In this document: in pieces, positions 37,581-46,541 of the stretch
Numbering within the stretch: the stretch's first letter is position 1
Layout: each line of letters begins with the position of its first letter
Origin: Candidatus Uhrbacteria bacterium
GTDB lineage: Bacteria > Patescibacteriota > Patescibacteriia > JACQRZ01
Assembly (NCBI GenBank): GCA_016206155.1
Contig: JACQSC010000004.1
Coordinates: 7,450 to 71,449, forward strand
Direction of reading: 5' to 3'
Length of the DNA stretch: 64,000 bases
Made by a program: the position numbers and the translations under genes
The notes under the pieces: model-generated
What the model saw: only the letters and a program-made list of their open reading frames with translations
What the model was told of the DNA's origin: nothing
Databases searched by the model: none

Positions 37581-38033
37581 ATGCTGTATATTGCCTCTGA
37601 TCATGCAGGATTTGCATTAAAGGAATACCTCAAACGATTTTTGAAAAAACACTCAATTGCCGTTGAGGATATTGGCGCACATAGATACGATAAGGCGGAT
37701 GATTTTCCTCGCTATGCGTTTTCCCTTTCAAAAAAAGTCGCCTCGGATTCCTCACATCGCGGAATTCTTCTTTGTGGAAGCGGGCAAGGCATGTGCATTG
37801 CGGCAAACAAAGTAAGGGGCATACGCGCAGCATCTGTGTGGAACAAAAAAAGCGCTATTGCTTCGCGACACGACGATGACACAAACATTCTTTGCCTTTC
37901 CGGCCGCATGCTCACGAGAAAAGAGACTGAAGAAATTCTTTCATCGTGGCTCTTTACCGGATTCTCCGGTTTGGCACGCTATAAGCGCCGGCTAAACCAA
38001 ATTGCCGCCTACGAAAAAAACTCCCGCGCATAA
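37581..38033 (+). CDS. rpiB: ribose-5-phosphate isomerase B
   Basis: IASDHAGF.LK, GILLCGSGQGMCIAANKVRGIRAA. Confidence 0.93.
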   Translation: MLYIASDHAGFALKEYLKRFLKKHSIAVEDIGAHRYDKADDFPRYAFSLSKKVASDSSHRGILLCGSGQGMCIAANKVRGIRAASVWNKKSAIASRHDDDTNILCLSGRMLTRKETEEILSSWLFTGFSGLARYKRRLNQIAAYEKNSRA

Positions 38034-38045
38034 CGGGAGTTTTTT
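38015..38045. terminator. bidirectional terminator
   Basis: AAAAAACTCCCG-N7-CGGGAGTTTTTT between convergent genes. Confidence 0.7.
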
Positions 38046-38051
38046 CTTTTG

Positions 38052-38234
38052 CTAGACTTCCCACTGATCATCGAGTTTTTGATACTCTTCTGTATTGGAT
38101 TCCATCCCGTGTCGGTCATCCTCGCACTCGCACGACTGAAGAGGCTGGTTATAGTTTGAGCAGCTAGAATCCTGACAAAGTTTTTGTTCGTCCGACACTG
38201 CGCCGCAGGTACCCGGACAGATATAATGCTCCAT
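38052..38234 (-). CDS. small Cys-rich putative metal-binding protein
   Basis: C.GTCG...C...C......C.C.D..H in 60 aa; TGnTATACT upstream. Confidence 0.6.
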   Translation of the reverse strand: MEHYICPGTCGAVSDEQKLCQDSSCSNYNQPLQSCECEDDRHGMESNTEEYQKLDDQWEV

Positions 38235-38312
38235 ATACCCATTATTTATTATTTAATACCTATTAGTATAGCACATTTAAAAAAATTAACTCCCTTGCTA
38301 TACTATACTAAA

Positions 38313-38338
38313 CCCTAGACCCTAGCCACTAGACCCTA
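38313..38338 (+). repeat. telomere-like heptamer array C forming the 5' UTR of rpe
   Basis: CCCTAGA CCCTAGC CACTAGA CCCTA between TGnTATACT (38296-38304) and ATG 38344. Confidence 0.75.
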
Positions 38339-38343
38339 TTTTT

Positions 38344-38976
38344 ATGATCCCCGCAAACCTAAAAAAATACTTCGCGCCATCGGTGCTCGTCTATTCAAAG
38401 AAAGAGGCACAAAAAAAGCTTTCTTTTATCAATGAACATTTCCCTCACAACCATCTTCATGTTGACGCCGCGGACGGGAAATTCGTACCTTCTACATTTT
38501 GGTGTAAACCCCATGATTTCAAAAATCTTCGCATCAAACAATCGTTTGAGGCACACCTCATGACGCTGAACCCCGAACGGCGTGTTGCGGCATGGAAGCG
38601 CGCCGGCGCCGCACGCATCATCTTTCACTATGAAGCAACAAACAATCCTCTGCGTGTCATAGAAACCATTCAAAAACATCATCTTGAGGTCGGGATCGGC
38701 CTGAACCTTGAAACGCCAACAAAACAGATTGAATTGCTTCTTGATCGCCTTGATGCTATACTCTTTATGAGTATTGTTCCGGGATGGAGCGGACAGCCAT
38801 TTCATCCGGAAGTTATTGGAAAAATACGGAATTTTCATAAAAAATACCCTAAAAAATTCATCATCGTAGATGGCGGCGTAAGCACCGGCAATGCGCAAAA
38901 ACTTATTGCCGCCGGCGCTCGACAGTTGGTGTCCACGTCAGCCGTCTACGGATCAGGAAATTATGCCAGAGAATAA
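38344..38976 (+). CDS. rpe: ribulose-phosphate 3-epimerase
   Basis: APS, HVD..DG.FV, EAHLM, MSI.PG.SGQ.F, VDGG. Confidence 0.9.
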   Translation: MIPANLKKYFAPSVLVYSKKEAQKKLSFINEHFPHNHLHVDAADGKFVPSTFWCKPHDFKNLRIKQSFEAHLMTLNPERRVAAWKRAGAARIIFHYEATNNPLRVIETIQKHHLEVGIGLNLETPTKQIELLLDRLDAILFMSIVPGWSGQPFHPEVIGKIRNFHKKYPKKFIIVDGGVSTGNAQKLIAAGARQLVSTSAVYGSGNYARE

Positions 38977-39838
38977 AAAAACAACCATTCCTCAGTGGCT
39001 CACCGACATCGGCGAATATCTCAATAAACCGCTTCCGCCGCTTCTCGATATTGATCTGTCCCTTCTTTCGAAGCGGGCACCCGCCCTTGTGATTCCTGAC
39101 GGCATCGCAATCTCGGTTATTATTCCGGCGTGGAATGAAGAGGCATACATTGCGCGAACGCTCGATGCGCTCCACCGCCAAACATTTCCGCGCGACCGGT
39201 ATGAGATCGTAGTTGTCGATAATGTCTGCACCGACCGCACCGCCGATCTTGCGCGCGCATATGGCGCTGACAAAGTTGTCTCTGAGCCATGCAAGGGAAC
39301 AAACTTCGCACGCCAGCGCGGTATCGAAGAAAGCACCGCCGACATCATTGCATTTCTGGACGCCGACTGCGTACCGCCTCCTGAATGGCTTGAGAAAATA
39401 TATACAAAGCTGACCGAAAAAAATCATCGCTGTGCGGCGATTGCAGGATCGTATATCTTCCATGTCAATCCGACTGAATCCCTCTTCCTTGCGCAAGAAA
39501 TCTATCGCTGGATTGTTATGCCCACGATGTCCACGCTCTTTGGTCGACTCTTGGGGCGGGGCGGGGTGATTATTGGCGGCAACTTCGCATCGTTCCGCGA
39601 AAACTTCAATAAAATAAACGGCCTTGACACCTCGTTCACTTTTTTTGGCGACGACGCAAGCATTGCACGCAAATTTGGAGAGATCGGCTTTGTTGAGTTT
39701 GATCCCCTCCTCTACGTCCTGACCTCGACGAGACGCTTTGAGCGTGATGGTCTCCTGAAAACAAACTGGGAGTACGCGCGCAATTATTTTAAAGTCATGT
39801 TCGATGATCATTCACGACCAAAAAGTAAGGCGTCTTGA
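38963..39838 (+). CDS. GT2 glycosyltransferase
   Basis: SVIIPAWNEE, VVDN..TD, FLDADC, GGNF, TSTRR. Confidence 0.88.
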   Translation: MPENKKTTIPQWLTDIGEYLNKPLPPLLDIDLSLLSKRAPALVIPDGIAISVIIPAWNEEAYIARTLDALHRQTFPRDRYEIVVVDNVCTDRTADLARAYGADKVVSEPCKGTNFARQRGIEESTADIIAFLDADCVPPPEWLEKIYTKLTEKNHRCAAIAGSYIFHVNPTESLFLAQEIYRWIVMPTMSTLFGRLLGRGGVIIGGNFASFRENFNKINGLDTSFTFFGDDASIARKFGEIGFVEFDPLLYVLTSTRRFERDGLLKTNWEYARNYFKVMFDDHSRPKSKAS

Positions 39839-40661
39839 GAAGCTTGCAAACTCCATTCGCCGAGACATCATAGCCATGCTCGTAAAGGCTGGATCAGGGC
39901 ACTCGGCCGGCCCCCTGGATATGGCGGATGTCTTTACAGCGCTGTATTTTCATATTCTCCATCACCGACCAAAACAACCTCAGTTGGAGGGACGTGACCG
40001 TCTCGTTCTTTCATGTGGCCACATCTGTCCGGTTCGCTATGCCGCAATGGCACGCGCAGGATATTTCCCGCTCAAAACACTTTCGACCCTCCGCAAGCTC
40101 GGATCACCTCTGCAGGGACACCCAGAGCTTCATAAACTGCGTGCAGTAGAAAATACTAGCGGCCCCCTTGCGCAGGGAACATCGGTGGCGGTCGGCATGG
40201 CGCTTGCCGGAAAAATGGATAACAAAAAATGGCGCGTCTATGGTGTGTTGTCAGACGGCGAACATCAGGAGGGGCAAACATGGGAGGCCGTCATGTTTGC
40301 GGGGAACAAGGGACTCAACAACCTTACCTTCCTTGTCGATCGTAATAATATCCAGATTGACGGCATGACCGAGGAGGTGATGCCCCTAGAGCCGTTTGCC
40401 GACAAGTACCGTGCGTTCAATTGGCATGTCATCGAAATTGACGGCCATAACATTCGAGAGATTGTTGATGCATGTGAACAGGCAAAGCGCATTTACGAAA
40501 AACCAACGGTCATTATCTGTCATACCATTCCCGGCCGCGGCGTTGAATTTATGGAAAAAAAATACGAATGGCACGGCATCCCTCCCAATGAGGAACAAGC
40601 ACAAGAAGCGTTGCGCGATCTCCGCACGTTACGCGGAAAAATTATTTCGGAGCACGAATAA
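39804..40661 (+). CDS. transketolase, N-terminal subunit
   Basis: GSGH, LQGHP, SDGE.QEGQ.WEA TPP motif, WHG. Confidence 0.93.
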   Translation: MIIHDQKVRRLEKLANSIRRDIIAMLVKAGSGHSAGPLDMADVFTALYFHILHHRPKQPQLEGRDRLVLSCGHICPVRYAAMARAGYFPLKTLSTLRKLGSPLQGHPELHKLRAVENTSGPLAQGTSVAVGMALAGKMDNKKWRVYGVLSDGEHQEGQTWEAVMFAGNKGLNNLTFLVDRNNIQIDGMTEEVMPLEPFADKYRAFNWHVIEIDGHNIREIVDACEQAKRIYEKPTVIICHTIPGRGVEFMEKKYEWHGIPPNEEQAQEALRDLRTLRGKIISEHE

Positions 40662-40675
40662 GCTTGAACGCTACC

Positions 40676-41014
40676 ATGAAAACGTCAATCCATGCGCCGA
40701 TTGTCATAAATCCGAACGATATCCCGTGGAAAAAAATAGCACCGGGCGTGACAATGAAAGATCTAGCATTCGACAAGCCAAAAAATCAAAGACTCACACT
40801 TTTTAAATTTAATAAGGGAGCGCGACTCAAAACCCACAAGCACTCCGCCCTTGAATGGATGTATGTCCTTGATGGCATCTACCAGGATGAATTTTGCACT
40901 ATACCAAAGGGCAGATTGAAAATCAACAAAAAGGGTTCAATCCACACATCACAACCAAAACGAGGGTGCACCCTCCTTGTGGTATGGAGTGGGAAACATA
41001 TTACTGTGCGATAG
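40676..41014 (+). CDS. ChrR-like cupin domain protein
   Basis: W..IAPGV, HKH...E..YVLDG, GSIHT. Confidence 0.75.
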   Translation: MKTSIHAPIVINPNDIPWKKIAPGVTMKDLAFDKPKNQRLTLFKFNKGARLKTHKHSALEWMYVLDGIYQDEFCTIPKGRLKINKKGSIHTSQPKRGCTLLVVWSGKHITVR

Positions 41015-41025
41015 CGTTAGTGTAT

Positions 41026-42693
41026 ATGAAATTAAAAAAATCAGAGCAGAAAAAAAATGGGGCCGAGCTCCTCGTCGACTGCCTCAAGACGCAGAACGTC
41101 AAATATATCTTTGGCATTCCTGGCGCTGCTGTCATGCCCATCATGGAATCATTACGTGTCAATGAACAGCAGGGCGGCCCCAAGTTTATTATCACGCGCC
41201 ATGAACAAAATGCGGCCTTTATGGCGCAAGCCTGGGGCCGCATCACAGAAACACCGGGAGTCTGTCTGGCAACGGCCGGGCCAGGCGCGACAAATCTTGT
41301 TACGGGTGTTGCAACTGCAACGGCCGATCGCGATCCAATGGTTGCAATTACCGGCGAGACACCCCGAGTAGAACATTTTCAAAAAACTCATCAAACGATC
41401 CGCACCGCTACATTATTTCGCCCAATAGCGAAGTGGAGCGAAGAAATTCAAGACGCCGCGGCAATCCCCGAAGCGGTCTCGCTGGCATTTAGAGCTGCAA
41501 AGCTTCCTCATGAGGGGGCCGTCAATATGACGTTTCCCTTGGACGTGCAGACCTCCCGTGCAAAAGGGATACCCCTTACATCTGAGTCGCCATTGTTCGG
41601 AAAAGCTTCAGCAGAAGAATTACAAACAGCGGCCGAGATTCTTGCTCGCGCGAAACATCCTTGTCTCCTTCTTGGATGCGGTGCAACACGCGCCAAAACC
41701 ACCGGAGCGCTCCGTAGATTTCTTACCAATCATGCGGTGCCGGTCGTTGGTACCTTCGAAGCAGCTGGTGCAATCTCGCGGGATCTTGTCCATCTTTTTG
41801 TTGGACGCGTGGGCCTCAAAGTTGAAGAACCGGGAGATATTGCATTACGCAATGCCGATTGCATCATCACCGTTGGCTTTGATCCGATTGAGTATCACCC
41901 CTCCTTCTGGCACAGCAAGGCAGTACCGATTGTTCATATTGACGAACTTCCCTCAGAGCCCCATACGCTCTACCAACCTGCCGCAGAACTCATGGGTGAT
42001 ACCGCAAAGAACCTTGATTCGCTCTCGGAGCGCGTTACGCGATCGTACCCATTTCACCCTGCGGCAAAAAAAGCTCAGGCCACTATGTTCAAACACATGC
42101 ATCAAGCGGCACCAGGAACAACGGTACACCCGCTAACCTTTATCAATATCCTCCGTGAAAGCATCGACGATACCGTGACGGTATGCTCTGATGTTGGCGC
42201 GCATCAAATCTGGCTTGCAAAACATTTTCTCTCGTACGAACCACGTCATCTTCTTTTTAGCATGGGGTTCCAAACAATGGGCGTGAGCTTACCGTGGGCA
42301 ATTGCGGCAAGTCTGGCTCGCCCCAAAACGCACATCGTCTCACTAAGCGGTGATGGATCGTTTATGATGAGTGCGATGGAGCTGGAAACAGCGGTCCGCC
42401 TTAAACTCCAAATCACGCATATCATTTGGCGCGACGGAAGCTATAACCTCGTAAAAATCCAGCAACAGGAGACGTATAAAAAGACGTATGGTATCTCATT
42501 TGGCAATCCTGATTTTGTTAAGCTTGCTCAAAGCTTCGGCGCACAAGGATTTCGAATAACAAAGCCATCGCAAATACAACGAACACTCAAAAAAGCACTT
42601 TCAATAAAAACACCAGCCGTCATTGATGTTGCGATTGATTATCGGAAAAACCTTTCCCTTCTCCGGCCTTCTGAACTAGCCTCACTTTCATAA
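41026..42693 (+). CDS. alsS: catabolic-type acetolactate synthase (TPP enzyme)
   Basis: FGIPGA, RHEQNAAFMA, GPGATNLVTG..TA, QTMGVSLPWAIAA, GDGSF.MS.MELETAVR. Confidence 0.82.
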   Translation: MKLKKSEQKKNGAELLVDCLKTQNVKYIFGIPGAAVMPIMESLRVNEQQGGPKFIITRHEQNAAFMAQAWGRITETPGVCLATAGPGATNLVTGVATATADRDPMVAITGETPRVEHFQKTHQTIRTATLFRPIAKWSEEIQDAAAIPEAVSLAFRAAKLPHEGAVNMTFPLDVQTSRAKGIPLTSESPLFGKASAEELQTAAEILARAKHPCLLLGCGATRAKTTGALRRFLTNHAVPVVGTFEAAGAISRDLVHLFVGRVGLKVEEPGDIALRNADCIITVGFDPIEYHPSFWHSKAVPIVHIDELPSEPHTLYQPAAELMGDTAKNLDSLSERVTRSYPFHPAAKKAQATMFKHMHQAAPGTTVHPLTFINILRESIDDTVTVCSDVGAHQIWLAKHFLSYEPRHLLFSMGFQTMGVSLPWAIAASLARPKTHIVSLSGDGSFMMSAMELETAVRLKLQITHIIWRDGSYNLVKIQQQETYKKTYGISFGNPDFVKLAQSFGAQGFRITKPSQIQRTLKKALSIKTPAVIDVAIDYRKNLSLLRPSELASLS

Positions 42694-42700
42694 TACTGTT

Positions 42701-42728
42701 TGTCATCCCGGCGGAGGCCGGGATCCAG
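42701..42728 (+). repeat. REP/dRS3-like 28-nt hairpin, copy 3
   Basis: TGTCATCCCGGCGGAGGCCGGGATCCAG, one mismatch to copies 1 and 2. Confidence 0.9.
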
Positions 42729-42737
42729 CCCAAATAT

Positions 42738-43721
42738 ATGCCCTCTCATTCCACACACCTCAACCCCCACTTGTTTTCTTCAGATGTTGAACAGATTCCG
42801 ACGCGGAATGGCTATGGCGATGGGTTACTTATGCTCGGCGAATCAAATCCGGATGTTGTCGTGTTAACCGGAGACCTTGCAGAATCAACGCGTGTTCTTG
42901 AATTTGGGAAAAAATACCCCGAACGATTCGTTGAATGCGGTGTTGCGGAACAAAATATGGCGGGCATCGCTGCGGGGCTTGCGCTTGCCGGTAAGATTCC
43001 TTTTATTTCAAGCTACGCTGTGTTTTCTCCCGGAAGGAACTGGGATCAGATTCGAGTCAGTACGTGCTTGAATAACGCGAATGTAAAAATCGTCGGTGCG
43101 CATGCGGGCATTTCCGTCGGTCCTGATGGCGCGACCCACCAAGCGCTTGAAGATATTGCCATCATGCGCGTACTCCCTCACATGGTCGTTGTTGTACCAT
43201 GCGATTATCAAGAAACAATGAAAGCAACGTTTGAAGCAGCGGCATGTATTGGACCCTTTTATTTCCGATTTGCTCGAGAGAAAACACCGTGCATCACAAC
43301 GTTAAAAACACCGTTCAAAGTGGGGCGCGCGGAAATCTTTAGAAAGGGAAAAAACGTCAGTATCATTGCGTGCGGTCCACTTGTGTACCAATCTCTTGTC
43401 GCGGCAGAGGAACTTGCCAAGAGTGGCATCGACTGCGAGGTCATCAACAACCACACAATCAAACCACTTGACGAGAAAACGCTACTCGCATCGGTGCGAA
43501 AAACAAAAGCGGTTGTCACCGTTGAAGAACATCAAATCATGGCCGGTGCGGGAAGTGCGGTATGTGAGCTTCTTTGTAAAAAATATCCCGTGCCAGTTGA
43601 AATGGTCGGCATGAACGATTCCTATGGCGAAAGCGGAAAGCCATCCGAACTTCTTGAAAAATACGGTATGTCAGTCAAAGCAATCAAAACCGCTGTTAAA
43701 AAAGTACTGAGAAGAGCATAG
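42738..43721 (+). CDS. transketolase, C-terminal subunit
   Basis: GVAEQNM, G.DGATHQALED, TIKPLD, VEEH. Confidence 0.93.
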   Translation: MPSHSTHLNPHLFSSDVEQIPTRNGYGDGLLMLGESNPDVVVLTGDLAESTRVLEFGKKYPERFVECGVAEQNMAGIAAGLALAGKIPFISSYAVFSPGRNWDQIRVSTCLNNANVKIVGAHAGISVGPDGATHQALEDIAIMRVLPHMVVVVPCDYQETMKATFEAAACIGPFYFRFAREKTPCITTLKTPFKVGRAEIFRKGKNVSIIACGPLVYQSLVAAEELAKSGIDCEVINNHTIKPLDEKTLLASVRKTKAVVTVEEHQIMAGAGSAVCELLCKKYPVPVEMVGMNDSYGESGKPSELLEKYGMSVKAIKTAVKKVLRRA

Positions 43722-43728
43722 CGCCGAC

Positions 43729-43770
43729 TTGACGATTTGGCTGTACATGTATATACTTATGTATATACAT
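43729..43770 (+). promoter_or_regulatory. mazEF promoter/operator
   Basis: TTGACG-N17-TATACT; palindrome ATGTATATACAT at 43759-43770. Confidence 0.7.
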
Positions 43771-43783
43771 TCATCTATCTCAT

Positions 43784-44026
43784 ATGATTCAAAAAATCGA
43801 CCGATGGGGCAATAGCTTAGGTATTCGCCTGCCAAAGCAGCTTGCTGATCAGCTCTTCCTTAATGAAGGAAGTACTGTTGTTGTTACCCTGGAAAAAAAC
43901 GCCCTTATGCTGCGCCCACAAAAGAGAAGCACTCAGACATTAAAACAGCTTCTTGAACACATCACTCCAAACAATCTTCATAAGACCGTGGACTGGGGGG
44001 AGCCGCAGGGAAAGGAGGTATGGTAG
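43784..44026 (+). CDS. mazE: MazE antitoxin
   Basis: WGNSLGIRLPK, L..LL..ITP.N.H...DWG.P.GKE.W. Confidence 0.93.
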   Translation: MIQKIDRWGNSLGIRLPKQLADQLFLNEGSTVVVTLEKNALMLRPQKRSTQTLKQLLEHITPNNLHKTVDWGEPQGKEVW

Positions 44027-44361
44027 AGACAACATATACTCCAAGCCGCGGCGACGTTGTTTGGATTAATTTCAATCCAACAAAAGGACGTGAGCAGGGC
44101 GGTTCACGTCCAGCACTCGTTGTTTCTCCTCAATCGTATAACGAACGGGTTGGCTTAATGCTTGCGTGTCCCATAACATCAAAGATAAAAGGATACCCCT
44201 TTGAAGTTGTCATTAGCATCCATGACATCGAGGGCGTGGTACTGGTGGATCACATACGAAGCATTGACTGGGTCTGTCGAAGCGTTAATCTTGTAGGGCG
44301 GTGTGATGAAGAAACACTTGAAGAGGTGAGGCATAAATTAACCGTCCTGATCAATGAATAA
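44020..44361 (+). CDS. mazF: MazF endoribonuclease toxin
   Basis: P.RGDVVWINFNP.KGREQ...RPALVVS, CPITS.IKGYPFEV. Confidence 0.93.
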   Translation: MVETTYTPSRGDVVWINFNPTKGREQGGSRPALVVSPQSYNERVGLMLACPITSKIKGYPFEVVISIHDIEGVVLVDHIRSIDWVCRSVNLVGRCDEETLEEVRHKLTVLINE

Positions 44362-44443
44362 GCCCGGGTGGTGTAACTGGCAGCCACGTTCGACTTAAGA
44401 TCGAATGCCGTAAGGCGTGCGGGTTCGAGTCCCGCCCCGGGCA
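44362..44443 (+). tRNA. tRNA-Leu(TAA)
   Basis: GCCCGGG/CCCGGGC stem, anticodon loop CT-TAA-GA, long variable arm, GTTCGA; CCA not encoded. Confidence 0.93.
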
Positions 44444-44614
44444 AATTTGAACGAAGTGAAAAATTGAATGGGGAGCAACAGAACTGCTTCTGTTGCGTCG
44501 GGACGAGAACGCCGGAGCGATGTTCGGCCAGCAGGCCGAACCGCGAGGCGGTGGCTAGACCGAGGTGAGCGACGGCGAGCCGAGAGTCAAAGCCGAGTCC
44601 CGCCCCGGGCAAAT
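44444..44614 (+). other. structured tRNA-linked spacer ending in a direct repeat of the tRNA 3' end
   Basis: Hairpins 44475-44496 and 44522-44541; inverted T-arm copy 44497-44510; 21-bp direct repeat 44594-44614 of 44426-44446. Confidence 0.75.
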
Positions 44615-44647
44615 GAGAAAGTTTTACTAGACACAATAAGCAAGAAT

Positions 44648-45316
44648 ATGAACAAGATCGTTTTCGCCATTGTTTTATTTACTTTGCTTATCATCCCGTC
44701 CTCGACGACATATGCACAGATAACTGGCGGTGGTTTTGCCACCGATGACCATACTGCCCAAGAAGAAGCGGATGGCAAAGCACTGTGGCGGAAATTGCAA
44801 AATAAAGAAACTGATTGTGCGAGTTTATCGGATGATGATTTCGGTGCCGTGGGGGAATATTTTATGGGACAGATGATGGGTAATGCTCATCCGGCAATGA
44901 ACCGGATGATGGTAGCTATGGTTGGCGAAGATGGGGAAGAGCAAATACATATCGTTATGGGCGAACGTTTGAGCTGCTGCGATACATCGGCGATAGTTCC
45001 ATCGCAAGCAATAGGATTTATGCCGATGATGTCTATGATGATGGGGGGATGGTCGTCTCCTTTTAATAATAATTCAACAAGCAATATGATGAACTTTGGG
45101 TTTGGGTCTTTTGGTTCTTTTGGATTTATTTTTATGATTCTCTGGTGGGTTCTGATCATCGTCGGTATTGTCGCGCTTATCAAATGGCTCACGAATCAGT
45201 CGCGCTCCACTCGCGATCAGAAAAAATCAGCGCTTGACATTCTGAAAGAACGATATGCTCGCGGCGAGATAGATAAAAAGGAATTTGAACAAAAGAAAAA
45301 GGATTTGAGTTTATAA
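44648..45316 (+). CDS. Met-rich membrane protein with C-terminal SHOCT domain
   Basis: Signal peptide, Met/His-rich region, TM helix, SALDILKERYARGEIDKKEFEQKK. Confidence 0.85.
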   Translation: MNKIVFAIVLFTLLIIPSSTTYAQITGGGFATDDHTAQEEADGKALWRKLQNKETDCASLSDDDFGAVGEYFMGQMMGNAHPAMNRMMVAMVGEDGEEQIHIVMGERLSCCDTSAIVPSQAIGFMPMMSMMMGGWSSPFNNNSTSNMMNFGFGSFGSFGFIFMILWWVLIIVGIVALIKWLTNQSRSTRDQKKSALDILKERYARGEIDKKEFEQKKKDLSL

Positions 45317-45436
45317 AAAAGAAACAGCGGTATGCCCAATTTCAACAATGGCAGATTTGCTCAAAATGGTTGAGGAGAGCGATAAGGTGTTGGTTTTTTG
45401 ATTGGCGTTGCCCGCCGATTGCCCATGAGTGAAAAA

Positions 45437-45477
45437 GGGTTCGAGTTCCGCCCTGGCAAATTTGAACAAAGTGAAAA
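45437..45477 (+). repeat. degenerate third copy of tRNA-Leu 3' end plus downstream flank (att-like)
   Basis: GGGTTCGAGTTCCGCCCTGGCAAATTTGAACAAAGTGAAAA vs 44421-44462, about 4 differences. Confidence 0.8.
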
Positions 45478-45487
45478 CGGAATAAAC

Positions 45488-46525
45488 ATGAACTACATAA
45501 AACCACAACGATTAAAAGAAGGCGATACGGTTGCGATCGTGTCGCCATCGTGGGGAGGACCAAGCGTTTTTCCGGCTGTATACGAACATGGTCTCAAGGT
45601 TTTACTGGCATGGGGATTGAATATTAAGGAGTTCCCTACTGCAAGAATGGATGCCGCCTTTCTGCGGAATAATCCGCGCATTCGCGCACAGGATATAAAC
45701 GACGCTTTTGCCGACACCGAAGTTAAAGCAATTTTCGCCTCCATCGGCGGTGATGATTCCGTTCGGATTTTGCCCTTTTTAGATAAAAAAATTATCGCGA
45801 GTAATCCTAAAATACTGATGGGCTATTCCGACACCTCAACGCTTCATGTTTTTGCAAACCTCCAAGGATTGGCGAGTTTCTACGGTCCCTCAATCATGGC
45901 TGGTTTCTCACAAATGAATAATTTGCCAGTAAGCTTTAAGAACCACGTGAGGGAAATGCTCTTTGAGCCAAAAGAATACTATGAGTATAAGCCGTATCAA
46001 ACATATTGCGATGGCTATCCCGATTGGGCGAATAAAGAAAATCTTGGAAAAGTTAATCCGATGAAGGCAGATGACGGTTGGCACTGGCTCCAAGGAAAAG
46101 CAACGGTTCAAGGAGAGTTATTTGGTGGCTGTATTGAAGTTTTTGAGATGATGAAAGCAACCGAGTTTTGGCCAGCACAGGAATTTTGGAAGGATAAAAT
46201 ATTTTTTCTCGAAACGTCTGAAGAAAAACCGTCAATCCATTATATTGATCACGTGCTGAGAAATTACGGAATGTTGGGTGTGTATGATACCATTAGCGGT
46301 TTCATTTTCTCGCGCGCTAGAGATTATTCGGATGAAGAAAAGAAAGAACTGGAAGAAAAAATAGCTTCAATAATCGCGAATGAGTTTGGAAAACCGGATC
46401 TATCGATTATCGCAAACTTTGATGTCGGGCATACCGACCCTCAAGTGGTATTGCCGCTTGGAGTGAAGGCGGAAATTGATTGTGAGACAAAAAAAATACG
46501 CCTCGTAGAATCCTGGCTGCAGTGA
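45488..46525 (+). CDS. S66 family LD-carboxypeptidase / MccF-like peptidase
   Basis: GDTVAIVSPS, IGGDDS, GYSD, GGC.E, LETSE, GHTDP. Confidence 0.9.
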   Translation: MNYIKPQRLKEGDTVAIVSPSWGGPSVFPAVYEHGLKVLLAWGLNIKEFPTARMDAAFLRNNPRIRAQDINDAFADTEVKAIFASIGGDDSVRILPFLDKKIIASNPKILMGYSDTSTLHVFANLQGLASFYGPSIMAGFSQMNNLPVSFKNHVREMLFEPKEYYEYKPYQTYCDGYPDWANKENLGKVNPMKADDGWHWLQGKATVQGELFGGCIEVFEMMKATEFWPAQEFWKDKIFFLETSEEKPSIHYIDHVLRNYGMLGVYDTISGFIFSRARDYSDEEKKELEEKIASIIANEFGKPDLSIIANFDVGHTDPQVVLPLGVKAEIDCETKKIRLVESWLQ

Positions 46526-46541
46526 ATAAAGTGACTATGTC

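Noticed and set aside
38903-39811. Long antisense ORFs (also 4672-5445, 6761-7384, 59178-59870, 60453-61196)
   Set aside because: Shadows of well-supported genes on the opposite strand, with no recognisable motifs.
44468-44647. Arg-rich N-terminal extension of the SHOCT ORF, and the similar extension at 45398-45487
   Set aside because: These translate the structured spacer and tRNA repeats; better starts are at 44648 and 45488.
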